DNA from: a virus
Lineage: Duplodnaviria; Heunggongvirae; Uroviricota; Caudoviricetes
DNA length: 41,806 bases
Strand: one strand, 5' to 3'
Virus record (IMG/VR): IMGVR_UViG_2851955134_000003
Span: 1-41,806 of that record
In this document: piece after piece, positions 1-8,818 of the stretch
How positions within the stretch are numbered: position 1 is the stretch's first letter
How the letters are laid out: each line of letters opens with the position of its first letter
Notes under the pieces: generated by a model
Seen by the model: the letters and a program-made list of their open reading frames with translations, nothing else
Told to the model about the DNA's origin: nothing
Database searches by the model: none
Made by a program: the position numbers and the translations under genes

Positions 1-516
1 ATGAAATTTAAAAAATGTCTTCTGCCTGTAGCAATGTTAGCGTCATTCACTCTGGCAGGATGCCAGTCAAATGCTGACGATCATGCCGCCGATGTTTATC
101 AAACCGATCAACTGAATACCAAACAAGAAACTAAAACCGTTAATATTATTTCCATTCTTCCCGCAAAAGTTGCCGTAGACAACTCCCAAAATAAACGGAA
201 CGCACAAGCCTTCGGCGCGCTTATTGGCGCAGTCGCTGGCGGTGTTATCGGCCACAACGTCGGGTCTGGCAGCAATTCCGGAACGACGGCAGGTGCAGTT
301 GGCGGCGGAGCTGTAGGCGCGGCAGCGGGTTCTATGGTGAATGATAAAACCTTAGTGGAAGGTGTTTCTTTAACCTATAAGGAAGGCACCAAAGTGTATA
401 CCTCTACCCAGGTGGGTAAAGAGTGCCAGTTTACGACAGGTTTAGCCGTTGTTATTACCACGACGTATAACGAAACGCGTATTCAGCCAAATACCAAATG
501 TCCTGAAAAGAGCTAA
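1..516 (+). CDS. yfgH: Host outer-membrane lipoprotein with glycine-zipper segment (YfgH-like)
   Basis: Complete 171-aa ORF starting at base 1; signal peptide with lipobox LAGC; Gly/Ala-rich GxxxG zipper stretch; length and gene order (next gene 16 bp downstream) agree with my recollection of E. coli yfgH-yfgI. Confidence 0.6.
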   Translation: MKFKKCLLPVAMLASFTLAGCQSNADDHAADVYQTDQLNTKQETKTVNIISILPAKVAVDNSQNKRNAQAFGALIGAVAGGVIGHNVGSGSNSGTTAGAVGGGAVGAAAGSMVNDKTLVEGVSLTYKEGTKVYTSTQVGKECQFTTGLAVVITTTYNETRIQPNTKCPEKS

Positions 517-531
517 TAATCAGGAGGAGTC

Positions 532-1071
532 ATGAAGAAAGTTTTTCTTTGCGCCATCTTAGCCTCCTTAAGCTATCCGGCTATCGCCTCATCATTGCAG
601 GATCAACTCTCTGCTGTCGCAGAAGCGGAACAGCAAGGTAAAAATGAAGAGCAAAGGCAGCATGACGAATGGGTCGCGGAGCGCAACAGGGAAATCCAGC
701 AAGAGAAGCAACGTCGCGCAAATGCCCAGGCCGCCGCTAACAAAAGAGCGGCAACGGCAGCGGCAAATAAGAAAGCTCGTCAGGATAAACTGGACGCCGA
801 AGCCTCTGCGGACAAAAAACGCGATCAAAGTTATGAAGATGAGCTACGCAGCTTAGAGATTCAGAAACAAAAACTGGCGCTGGCGAAAGAAGAAGCCCGC
901 GTTAAGCGAGAAAACGAATTTATCGATCAGGAACTGAAGCACAAAGCTGCGCAAACCGATGTGGTGCAATCTGAAGCTGACGCCAACAGAAATATGACTG
1001 AAGGCGGTCGCGATCTGATGAAAAGCGTGGGCAAAGCAGAAGAGAACAAATCGGACAGCTGGTTTAATTAA
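532..1071 (+). CDS. yfgI: Host secreted charged/coiled-coil protein (YfgI-like)
   Basis: 179-aa ORF with N-terminal signal peptide, RBS AGGAGG 6 nt upstream, K/E/Q/A-rich body; followed by an intrinsic terminator. Confidence 0.55.
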   Translation: MKKVFLCAILASLSYPAIASSLQDQLSAVAEAEQQGKNEEQRQHDEWVAERNREIQQEKQRRANAQAAANKRAATAAANKKARQDKLDAEASADKKRDQSYEDELRSLEIQKQKLALAKEEARVKRENEFIDQELKHKAAQTDVVQSEADANRNMTEGGRDLMKSVGKAEENKSDSWFN

Positions 1072-1110
1072 TCGATGTTAGTAACTTCAATCCTATAATT
1101 CTTGAAGATA

Positions 1111-1143
1111 AAAAACCCTCTGTAGTAACAGAGGGTTTTGTTC
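1111..1143 (+). terminator. Rho-independent terminator of the host yfgI-like gene
   Basis: Hairpin CCCTCTG-tagtaa-CAGAGGG followed by TTTTGTT. Confidence 0.7.
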
Positions 1144-1265
1144 ATTCATAGTGCAGGGTCAAATCATTCCCACTCAATTATTTACGACAATCATAACCAA
1201 TTGAGTGATAACATTTTTCCAAAACTTCATTTTTCTAGTACCGTTTTATATACCGTCACCGGAAA

Positions 1266-1763
1266 TCAGTGCCACGATTTTTGCTTCTTCAGTGAATCGT
1301 ATTGCTGTTCGCAGGATTCTCCTGCAATCCGATACTTTTCAGCCTCAGCTGCTGTTGCGTTGTAAACTCGATTGCTTTCTTCAAGCATGTCGGCGAGCAC
1401 ACCGATGACCTTGCTGGCTGGCGTGCCAGTGGGGAAAGATCCGGTATAGTGTTCGGCGAGTCGCTTGGTTTTGTCAAGCTCGGCGCGCAGGCTGTCAGCA
1501 GTGGCATTAGCATGCTCAGCATCAACACGCGCCACATCGATACGGGATTGTGCTTCACGTTCAATTTGTGTTTTCTCCTGATCACGTTGTGACCTGGCCT
1601 TATCATCAGCCTGTTTCTGATCTTCCTGTGCCCGCGCATACCCGGCATCGTACTGGCGGCTGCCGTGTATATTCCAGGCAACCACTCCGACGATGAACAG
1701 AGCAGCAAGCATCAACACGATAAGCAGCTGTTTCCAATATGCTTTTACGAATGCCCAGCTCAT
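1266..1763 (-). CDS. Inner-membrane spanin (i-spanin, Rz-like)
   Basis: 165 aa; N-terminal TM helix then charged coiled-coil periplasmic domain; last gene of the lysis cassette; another frame inside it encodes a lipoprotein. Confidence 0.7.
   Translation of the reverse strand: MSWAFVKAYWKQLLIVLMLAALFIVGVVAWNIHGSRQYDAGYARAQEDQKQADDKARSQRDQEKTQIEREAQSRIDVARVDAEHANATADSLRAELDKTKRLAEHYTGSFPTGTPASKVIGVLADMLEESNRVYNATAAEAEKYRIAGESCEQQYDSLKKQKSWH
1289..1537 (-). CDS. Outer-membrane spanin (o-spanin, Rz1-like lipoprotein) embedded in the i-spanin gene
   Basis: Alternate frame inside the i-spanin gene encodes [17 protein letters not shown] (lipobox LTAC) followed by a Pro-rich short periplasmic segment; start codon uncertain (1537, 1522 or 1513). 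Confidence 0.45.
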   Translation of the reverse strand: MWRVLMLSMLMPLLTACAPSLTKPSDSPNTIPDLSPLARQPARSSVCSPTCLKKAIEFTTQQQLRLKSIGLQENPANSNTIH

Positions 1764-2389
1764 ATAGCCAGCACCTTACTTGCAGTGACGTACCGCGCGC
1801 GCCGGTCGTCGATGCCGTTCCGGCCACCATTGATAATCAGAGTTACACGTGCAATATCACCGGTATACTTCATGCAGCCTTTGCTGGAGAAGAACCACGC
1901 CGCGCTACGAGCCGCGTATTCGCCCTGCGTCAACAGCTCAGGATTCTCCAGCAGGTCCACTTTTAGGCCGTTTCCGCAGTCACGATAGTTATTCAACCCG
2001 GTAATCTGGATAAGCCCGCGCCCACGGTAATTCCAGCCATCGCCGGGAGCATTGTTACCCATGCGTTTGCTGTATACCAGATTTGCGATCGCGCGCTGGC
2101 GCTCAAGTGGCAATGGTGGTTCACCAGCACGGCGACCAAGTGCATTAGCCTGCCCCTGAGTGAGACGCCCAGCCCGAACGAAGTTAGCTAGACCGCTGAC
2201 ACTGTAGTTGAAATTCTCCTGCAACCTGGTGAAACCACCAGACTCATGCCCGACCTGAGCAATAAACATTGCCTGATCTTCGGTTTTGCTGATACCAAAC
2301 TCTTTCATCGCAGAAGTTATATGCGAGAACCAGCGTGCGGCCAGCGCCTCGCTAATACCAGCAGCTCGCTGGAATTGTTTAATCTCCAT
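1760..2389 (-). CDS. Endolysin, glycoside hydrolase family 19 (chitinase-like lysozyme)
   Basis: 209 aa with GHESGG and [11 protein letters not shown] motifs typical of GH19 phage endolysins; sits between holin-like genes and spanin. Confidence 0.85.
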   Translation of the reverse strand: MEIKQFQRAAGISEALAARWFSHITSAMKEFGISKTEDQAMFIAQVGHESGGFTRLQENFNYSVSGLANFVRAGRLTQGQANALGRRAGEPPLPLERQRAIANLVYSKRMGNNAPGDGWNYRGRGLIQITGLNNYRDCGNGLKVDLLENPELLTQGEYAARSAAWFFSSKGCMKYTGDIARVTLIINGGRNGIDDRRARYVTASKVLAI

Positions 2390-2687
2390 GTTTAGACCTC
2401 GTTATTTTAAAAATCTGCACGACGTTACCGCGCGTTTTAATAACCGCTGCAAGCATGACAGCGTTGATAATGACCTCAGATAAATCCACAGCCATTGGCG
2501 TACGTAACCAGATTGCATAGACGACACGAACAGGAATACTAGCTGCAGCAACAATCAGGAAATAAGCAAGCCAGCCTCCCAACCTTCGGTGTTGAGAGCC
2601 GTTACGCCGGAATGTGACAACGCGAATTGCTATGCCAGTACAAATAACTGCATTGGTGATAAGCAAAACAAGCTCATTAGTTACCAT
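2379..2687 (-). CDS. Holin/antiholin-like small membrane protein
   Basis: 102 aa with two or three predicted TM helices, immediately upstream of the endolysin and overlapping neighbouring genes. Confidence 0.6.
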   Translation of the reverse strand: MVTNELVLLITNAVICTGIAIRVVTFRRNGSQHRRLGGWLAYFLIVAAASIPVRVVYAIWLRTPMAVDLSEVIINAVMLAAVIKTRGNVVQIFKITRSKHGD

Positions 2688-3078
2688 CGTCTTTTCTCCC
2701 AGGAATTAACTCGCGTGGATTATCGGAATGGTGATAGAGCCAGATGCCAATTCGCACTGCGACTATTGCTGACACAAATGCGCCAGCAGAGAAAACAATC
2801 CCTTTCTCGAAAGAGTCCTGAGTAATGGTAGGAATTAGACTGGCTATGCCTATAAGAATTGATGCAGTTGGTTTGTAAAAGAGAAGACCACAAAGAAAGC
2901 TGAGTATCGACAAGAGTACACGACGACGAACAGGATACTCTACAGCAGAGGTAACAAAAATTACCGCTCCTGACAAAGACCCAAGAGCTACTTCTGGAGG
3001 CACTCCTGCTATCACCGCTGCTAGAGAACCAAGGCTAAGCCATTGATTTATTGACTCTCCTGTTAATTGAAATGACAT
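2677..3078 (-). CDS. Holin-like membrane protein
   Basis: 133 aa, multiple hydrophobic helices, charged C-terminus, first gene of the lysis cassette. Confidence 0.55.
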   Translation of the reverse strand: MSFQLTGESINQWLSLGSLAAVIAGVPPEVALGSLSGAVIFVTSAVEYPVRRRVLLSILSFLCGLLFYKPTASILIGIASLIPTITQDSFEKGIVFSAGAFVSAIVAVRIGIWLYHHSDNPRELIPGRKDDGN

Positions 3079-3493
3079 TAAAACACCTTTTTTATCTCAC
3101 CATAAAAAAACAACAAGAATTGTAACCACGAATTACAATCCATATATGGTTTAATATGTATTTTTTTACATCACAAATCAACATCATGGAATCAAAAAAT
3201 AATAATGTTGATTGACAGGTAAGGATGTTCTTGTGTGACAGTGTAAACAAAAATAACAATCTATATTCAATCGTTAGTGGAGTTGCGCACAACCACTATG
3301 TTAAATAATTGATGCATCAATAATCAAAGTTCTAATAGATGGCAAACTGATTAATATGATCCAGAGCATTTATAATAATACAAAATATTTTCTATAGTTT
3401 TTAATTCTGCAAAGATAAAAGAGGCCACATTATATCGCATGAATAGTTATTAATTTTATAAAATAGTTAAATAGCGCATCCCTGCGCTATATT

Positions 3494-6076
3494 TTAAATA
3501 AACATAAGAATAAATATCAGAAGTTCCTCGTATCTGATACCATACTGATAGCCAGCAGGTTTAATAATAATCTGCCTTCCTGTGTAATATTCCTCGTCGT
3601 ACCACTCTCCTGTTTCATTGTTTTTAACACTCCTAATCAATACTTCTGGAGCATAAATATCATCCCATTCATCATAACACCAGAACGCATAGTTATTAGG
3701 GTCAAGACCGTATTTTCTGAGAATATTACCTACAGTTTGTGCACCAACACCGAAATGAATCCGAGCGCCATCACTCTTGATCTTTACTGCATCTTTAAAT
3801 TTAAACCTCCAGATATTTTCCTTTATTTCAAGCGCAGCAAGACGCTCTGATTCTGTTGTTTTCTCGTCAGCCTCAATACGCAATTTCAGCTCTTCATTCG
3901 ACGTGTTGATACTGCCAGTACCAGCGTATACCTGTGACCATCGAAATGCTGATGTTCCGTTTGAGTTAACATTATCAACAGTTGGTTTTATAAGGCCAGA
4001 AAAATGAGTTTCAGGTGTATTAATATATGTATATGCACCTGCTGTACTGCGAGTCCTTAACTCAAAACTGTCTATATCAACACCAGTCCTACGAATTATA
4101 AGGAAGTTATTTCCTGCGGAACCAGTATCTGTTTGAGTGCTAACAGATAATCCGTTTCGTGTATCAATACGTATATTCTTCCCGTTCTCCAGCGAAGCAG
4201 AATTATGTAGGTACAGCGAGTTGTCAGTGTAGAGATTGTGTTTACCTACATTACTAAATGTATAAGTATTGCTTGTGTCATCACTGTTCCTATGGAATTG
4301 CTGAAGAGTGTAGGCAGAAGATGCTCCGTATCCATCACAATGGAAATTTCTGCACAGCTGCAAATCGAATAACAATACGGTGTCAGCATTAATGCTCACA
4401 TTATTAAAGCATGTTGCAAAGTTGGCACCATACTGTGAATTGGAATCGCCAATCTGTGCGCACACATCAAGCAAACCAAAAGTTACATTGGTAAAGTTAT
4501 TTGCATCACCGGCGTCAAGAACAATCCCTTTCTTAGTCCCTGAATACCCTCTGGCAGTGCCGATCTCAATTCCCTGGAATGAACACACGCGAGCACGACT
4601 AAGCTTAAGACCAACCCATTCCAGACCATGATCGTAACCTTTTGCTGCGCGGTGAATAAACATACCATTCATGATGAGCAGGAATCTGTTATCCAGCCGT
4701 ACTGGTTCAAGTTGGGCATTAATACCAACATTTGTGCATATACATTCACCATAAGCATAACGATTCGTTTCAAATATACGATCATCAGCGTCGTAAATGC
4801 CTCGTAATGCCTTGGCGGCATCAATATTAAGCAATGTAAAATATGTCTTCTGCTTAATTTCAAAAAAATTTGCAACATTATGCGTTGTGATATCACTCAC
4901 ACGCATTGATAAAATCCCCTCTTCTGGAGCGGTGCGAATGAATCCATCAAGGAACTGTTCATTATAACTTTTGGCTATCTGATAACATCCAACAGCATCA
5001 ATGCGTTCGATTGTGAATTGCCAACTATCACCACAGTTAAAAGCCCATCTCCAGCCGTATTTCTGAGCGAATTCATCATATTCAACATTTGCAGGTTCAG
5101 AACAGAAAGATAAAAATATAAATGTTGGTTTTGGTCTGAGATGGTTAAGCCCGACACCTCTTGGAGTATATATAGCATTATCTCCATTCCCACCTTTTGT
5201 TTTAACTGTAAGGTGACTTAAACCAAATTCAATATCATATTTTGTTGGCGCAGCAAAAACAAAGCCGTCTTTTGGTGATGTGGTATTGTCAAACACAATA
5301 ACCGTTTCACCCTGCCCATCACCGCATATATTTATGGGTGGTATATTAACAGGACCAGTCACATTGTATATTCCTTTTGGCACATATAGTTTTCCGCCCT
5401 CTCCGAGAGCATTCGCTGCAGCAATAAATGCTGGCGTATCATCGATAATATTATCCCCTTTCGCCCCAAAATCTTTAACATTATAAACGTCACGCATCTT
5501 ATCCTGGAACGTTCTGTATACTGCCCCAGAACCATACTGAATAAACCAACCAAAACCACCAACAACTCCGGCGATTGCAGCATCGACATAATTACGCATT
5601 GAGCGATTATTTACAGCGTCCTGCTCAAGTGATGGATCTGCAAGGTTAGAAATTCTGTTTTGCTTTGCATCGTAATATTTTGCAAGCAAAGATGGTTTCA
5701 TCAATGCACGTCTGAACCACCCAAAACATTGCTGGATCAGCATCGTCAGGTAGTCAAAGGCATCTTCATGCACTTCGGGAAAAAACTTTCCCTGATTGCG
5801 AAGATCTGTCTCCTGTACTACATCAAGCACACGATCTATCGTAATTCGCCATCCAGTAGCAAGCGGAGACGGAAGAACCACAGAACCGCCACTATAAGTG
5901 CCAGCTCCAGTTACTGTATAACCGGTATCCAGAACCAATTCTGTTACGTTCCCGTTCAGGTCAGACACCTGAACAACCAGGTCGGATTTTTTGAAAATGC
6001 GGAAAGTATACGGAAACGATGTCGTAACTCCGTTACCGGTGTATTCGTTGTGGTCAACTTCGGTTGAGACCGTCAT
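3494..6076 (-). CDS. Tailspike/tail fibre with pectate-lyase-like beta-helix and C-terminal intramolecular chaperone (peptidase S74-like) domain
   Basis: 860 aa; conserved N-terminal anchor (FPYTFRIF); central region with DFGAKGDN and Asn/Gly/Thr-rich repeats typical of beta-helix depolymerases; C-terminal ~140 aa with GVGAQTVGNIL motif of auto-cleaving chaperone domains. Confidence 0.8.
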   Translation of the reverse strand: MTVSTEVDHNEYTGNGVTTSFPYTFRIFKKSDLVVQVSDLNGNVTELVLDTGYTVTGAGTYSGGSVVLPSPLATGWRITIDRVLDVVQETDLRNQGKFFPEVHEDAFDYLTMLIQQCFGWFRRALMKPSLLAKYYDAKQNRISNLADPSLEQDAVNNRSMRNYVDAAIAGVVGGFGWFIQYGSGAVYRTFQDKMRDVYNVKDFGAKGDNIIDDTPAFIAAANALGEGGKLYVPKGIYNVTGPVNIPPINICGDGQGETVIVFDNTTSPKDGFVFAAPTKYDIEFGLSHLTVKTKGGNGDNAIYTPRGVGLNHLRPKPTFIFLSFCSEPANVEYDEFAQKYGWRWAFNCGDSWQFTIERIDAVGCYQIAKSYNEQFLDGFIRTAPEEGILSMRVSDITTHNVANFFEIKQKTYFTLLNIDAAKALRGIYDADDRIFETNRYAYGECICTNVGINAQLEPVRLDNRFLLIMNGMFIHRAAKGYDHGLEWVGLKLSRARVCSFQGIEIGTARGYSGTKKGIVLDAGDANNFTNVTFGLLDVCAQIGDSNSQYGANFATCFNNVSINADTVLLFDLQLCRNFHCDGYGASSAYTLQQFHRNSDDTSNTYTFSNVGKHNLYTDNSLYLHNSASLENGKNIRIDTRNGLSVSTQTDTGSAGNNFLIIRRTGVDIDSFELRTRSTAGAYTYINTPETHFSGLIKPTVDNVNSNGTSAFRWSQVYAGTGSINTSNEELKLRIEADEKTTESERLAALEIKENIWRFKFKDAVKIKSDGARIHFGVGAQTVGNILRKYGLDPNNYAFWCYDEWDDIYAPEVLIRSVKNNETGEWYDEEYYTGRQIIIKPAGYQYGIRYEELLIFILMFI

Positions 6077-6130
6077 GTTAAATCTCCAGATAGTCGCAGC
6101 ACCCGTTGCGCCGCATATCTGGTTATTCTA

Positions 6131-6195
6131 TTACCTGAAAAACCACATATGGATAGAAAGACTGTGAATATGAATAGATATTACCTTTCAGGTAA
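6131..6195. promoter_or_regulatory. Promoter/operator module A: half-site TTACCT, AACCACATAT element, full operator TTACCTTTCAGGTAA (6181-6195)
   Basis: 15-bp inverted repeat with perfect 6-bp arms; same architecture recurs at 26115-26191, 32604-32680 and 35684-35760. Confidence 0.55.
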
Positions 6196-6232
6196 TTTTC
6201 AAAACGTGCTGGATAGCAAACAAATTATTTGA

Positions 6233-6252
6233 TACTGTATAAATATACAGTT
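6233..6252 (+). promoter_or_regulatory. LexA (SOS) box TACTGTATAAATATACAGTT overlapping the promoter of the small antirepressor-like gene
   Basis: CTGT-N8-ACAG with AT-rich centre, 18 of 20 matches to the consensus TACTGTATATATATACAGTA; TTGATA -35-like hexamer at 6229-6234; gene starts 21 bp downstream. Confidence 0.7.
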
Positions 6253-6272
6253 ATTGCATGGAGAAGATTAAG

Positions 6273-6530
6273 ATGCAGCAGTATCACTATCCACTGGAAG
6301 AGGGATTTACCGAAAGGATTCACACGCCGGGAGGCGTCAGGTCACTGGTGGAGGGATCGCACTTGATGAAATTACTCCGGGATCTCGATAAGGATGGATT
6401 TAATGTCGATGGCCCACTTGCCGAACTGACTGCACTGATTAACTACGTCACCAGCTCACAGATGTCTATGCAGGATCTGCAAACACATCTCGACTATTGT
6501 GCCGAACAATTACGAAAACAAACCAGATAA
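6273..6530 (+). CDS. Small (85 aa) antirepressor-like protein, standalone copy of the C-terminal domain shared by the two Ant proteins
   Basis: Start ATG 6273 with RBS GGAGAAG; YHYPLEEGF...IHTPGGV...QTHLDY aligns with the C-terminal ~80 aa of the ORFs at 6844-7536 and 9054-9998; LexA box directly upstream. Confidence 0.6.
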   Translation: MQQYHYPLEEGFTERIHTPGGVRSLVEGSHLMKLLRDLDKDGFNVDGPLAELTALINYVTSSQMSMQDLQTHLDYCAEQLRKQTR

Positions 6531-6561
6531 GGTTTGCAATTACCAAATGGAGTGCTTATAT

Positions 6562-6576
6562 TTACCTTTGCGGTAA
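6562..6576. promoter_or_regulatory. Operator-like site TTACCTTTGCGGTAA inside a larger palindrome (GGAGTGC ... GCACTCC, 6549-6592)
   Basis: Variant of the 15-bp motif, nested between 7-bp inverted arms. Confidence 0.4.
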
Positions 6577-6670
6577 ATTTACATCGCACTCCTCTTGTGC
6601 CATAGTAATCGGGCACTGGCAAAATCCAGTGCCGGGATTGGTCTCCCGGATTACTACAGAGGCACATATG

Positions 6671-6690
6671 CCGCATAAGCGGTTTTTTTA
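6671..6690 (+). terminator. Rho-independent terminator downstream of the small antirepressor-like gene
   Basis: Hairpin CCGC-ataa-GCGG followed by TTTTTTT. Confidence 0.5.
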
Positions 6691-6843
6691 TGTGTAAAGC
6701 GCACCTATTCTATGGTGGGCTGTGTGGGGGCACCGAAAGGTGCGCCGGGTTCCTTTGTAGCCGGTAAGACCAACTCTGCACAGTTCACCACCATCTGATT
6801 GGTCTCAGCGGTGGTGATTAACCTAACTACAAAGGTGATCGCC

Positions 6844-7536
6844 ATGAATACCAAACCTTCCATCTTTTCCTTTGAGTCATCCTGCCAGATCCGTATGTTC
6901 ATGATTGACGGAGAACCTTGGTTTGTCACCAAAGATGTGTGCAATGCTTTGAATATTGATGTTACACAAGCGAGAAAACTTGATAAAAAAGGCTGGAACA
7001 AAAAGGGGCTGTATTCAATACAGACCCCTGGTGGAATACAAGAACTATCCATCGTTTCAGAATCAGGTCTCTACATCCTTATTCTGCGTTGCAAAGAGGC
7101 AATGACTGAGGGAACGAGAGCATTCAGATTTCTTGAATGGGTTACAGGCGAAGTACTTCCTCAGATCCGCCGCACCGGAAGTTACATTAAAAACTCGCTC
7201 CCGCAGGAAGAACGCATAAAGATGGTTGCCGACCAGGTAGCCAACGCCACGGCGTCAGCAGTAATGCAGGCGATGAAGATAGAGAACAAAACCTACAGCG
7301 CCCCGCTGAAGCCCGGCTACCGCAGTCTGATTCATTCGCCGTCTGGTGTTCTCGGCCTGACGGAGAACTCATTGCTGATGAATCTGCTGAATCAGTTGCA
7401 GGACGACGGGCATGATGTATCGGGCGCGGCGGCGGAACTGACCACCATGTTCTGCTACATCGTCGGTGTGAGCAAATGCCTGCGTGATATCCAGACGCAC
7501 GCGGAGTACATCAACGACAAGGCAGGGTTCTTCTGA
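6844..7536 (+). CDS. Antirepressor with Bro-N N-terminal domain and shared Ant C-terminal domain
   Basis: 230 aa from ATG 6844 (RBS AAGGTGA); Bro-N hallmarks IRMFMIDGEPWFVTKDVCNAL ... LPQIRRTGSY; C-terminal ~80 aa near-identical to the Ant at 9054-9998. Confidence 0.8.
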   Translation: MNTKPSIFSFESSCQIRMFMIDGEPWFVTKDVCNALNIDVTQARKLDKKGWNKKGLYSIQTPGGIQELSIVSESGLYILILRCKEAMTEGTRAFRFLEWVTGEVLPQIRRTGSYIKNSLPQEERIKMVADQVANATASAVMQAMKIENKTYSAPLKPGYRSLIHSPSGVLGLTENSLLMNLLNQLQDDGHDVSGAAAELTTMFCYIVGVSKCLRDIQTHAEYINDKAGFF

Positions 7537-7560
7537 CAGAACGGCGGCACAGGGATGTGC
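7303..7560 (+). repeat. Left copy of a ~258-bp inverted repeat (3' end of ant gene plus ~24 bp past the stop)
   Basis: Aligns by eye with the reverse complement of 9030-9287 with about a dozen mismatches. Confidence 0.8.
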
Positions 7561-7609
7561 CTTTAAATAATTCTGTACAGATTGCAGACTGTGGGTGAAT
7601 AGCGTACTA

Positions 7610-7624
7610 TTACCTTAAAGGTAA
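7610..7624. promoter_or_regulatory. Operator-like site TTACCTTAAAGGTAA just upstream of the RBS of the 69-aa/288-aa cassette
   Basis: Perfect 6-bp arms; 26 bp upstream of ATG 7651. Confidence 0.5.
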
Positions 7625-7650
7625 ACCATGTGTTTACATGAGGAGGAGAT

Positions 7651-7860
7651 ATGGGATTTTGGTTCGCTCGTACAAAAACGAGGGATAATGCACCCAGCCC
7701 TCAGGCAAAAAATGCAGAAGTTCCGGCGTCAGCGCAGGTTAACAAGCGTGGTGGTGTGTATATCTCATCACAGCAAATTTCTGAGCTTCCTGAGGTTAAG
7801 GAGATGCGTCGTCTCGCTGCTGCAATCGTTAAACAGGATCTTGCCACTGTAAGGAAATAG
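7651..7860 (+). CDS. Hypothetical small protein (69 aa), first gene of a two-gene cargo cassette
   Basis: Strong RBS GAGGAGG 6 nt upstream; its stop overlaps the GTG start of the next gene (TAGTG), indicating translational coupling. Confidence 0.55.
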   Translation: MGFWFARTKTRDNAPSPQAKNAEVPASAQVNKRGGVYISSQQISELPEVKEMRRLAAAIVKQDLATVRK

Positions 7861-8726
7861 TGTTGTTAGCTCTTCTAATTATCCCCATTCTGGTTAGTGG
7901 TTATATTATGATAACCGCTAACCAGTATCATTATTTCCGTTTATACCGACATGAAGGCCAGCTTCTTTATATGAAAGTAGCTGCATTAGGTACATATTGC
8001 CTTGTTGCTTCGGTAATAATTGCCGCATTTATAAAATATAAATATCCTGATTTTCACCTAGTTCACGATATGGTGGAAACTTTTAATGTAACGTCAAAAC
8101 CAGAAACAGATAGAATTTACATGTGGCTGCTTCTTCTCTCAGCCACATCCATTTGCTTCTCTTTGTGTTATGTGTCTGTTGTGTGGGTGAAAGATTTTCT
8201 TCTTGGTTGTTTTTATAAACGTGATATTTACGAGCAAAAAACAGAGGCAATGAAGGCCAGAGTACTGCGAAAAACTTACTCGCAAGGTTCTTTAGACTTA
8301 CTATTGCTTGATGCTATTGAATCGGATCCTAAACGACCAATGCTGATTACTTTATCATCAAACAAAGTGTATGTTGGAATAATAAATGGTTCTGGTGAAC
8401 CAACGGAAAATCAGGGTCCGCATCAGCACATATCTTTTGTTCCTTTAATGTCAGGATACAGGAACAAAGACAACTTATCTGTCACATTCACTAATGCTTA
8501 TCCAGGAGAAATACAGGTCAAGCGGACTGCAGCAATAAGAGGAATTAGCAGAAAGAAAGTGCCAGGACTTGAGATCATGGTGTCTATTGACGAAATAAGT
8601 TATATATCATGGTTTGATTTTGAAGTATATAAAGCAACAAATAACAAAGTAGAATCCAGGGGGCACGTTATTCGTGTTACCAAAAATGGAAGAAATATAT
8701 ATCAAAGAAATAGCAAAAAAGAATAG
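7860..8726 (+). CDS. Hypothetical membrane protein (288 aa): three N-terminal TM helices plus ~170-aa soluble C-terminal domain; candidate superinfection-exclusion/abortive-infection factor
   Basis: AT-rich ORF coupled to the upstream small gene, followed by an intrinsic terminator; the exclusion/defence role is inferred from position in the immI-like region, not from sequence similarity. Confidence 0.5.
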   Translation: MLLALLIIPILVSGYIMITANQYHYFRLYRHEGQLLYMKVAALGTYCLVASVIIAAFIKYKYPDFHLVHDMVETFNVTSKPETDRIYMWLLLLSATSICFSLCYVSVVWVKDFLLGCFYKRDIYEQKTEAMKARVLRKTYSQGSLDLLLLDAIESDPKRPMLITLSSNKVYVGIINGSGEPTENQGPHQHISFVPLMSGYRNKDNLSVTFTNAYPGEIQVKRTAAIRGISRKKVPGLEIMVSIDEISYISWFDFEVYKATNNKVESRGHVIRVTKNGRNIYQRNSKKE

Positions 8727-8748
8727 CCCGCGCTGCGGGCTTTTTTGT
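8726..8748 (+). terminator. Rho-independent terminator of the 69-aa/288-aa cassette
   Basis: GCCCGC-gct-GCGGGC hairpin followed by TTTTTT. Confidence 0.75.
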
Positions 8749-8818
8749 GGACGAAACAAAAGCCAGTGCTACACTCATTGACGCCACATTGAGGTGGCTT
8801 ATAGATGGAAATTTCACA

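Noticed and set aside
592-856. ORFs 592-828 (minus) and 644-856 (plus) overlapping the yfgI-like gene
   Set aside because: Alternate-frame artefacts of a charged repetitive coding region; the yfgI-like frame has the signal peptide and RBS.
3092-3292. 66-aa minus-strand ORF in the AT-rich spacer downstream of the tailspike
   Set aside because: Low-complexity translation in an extremely AT-rich non-coding stretch; no RBS; likely chance ORF.
7619-7624. AGGTAA half-sites of the 15-bp motif acting simply as Shine-Dalgarno sequences
   Set aside because: Only the copies at 7610-7624 and 32604-32618 sit near a start codon; the others (6181, 26177, 32666, 35684) have no start codon at SD distance, and the full inverted-repeat symmetry is not explained by an RBS.
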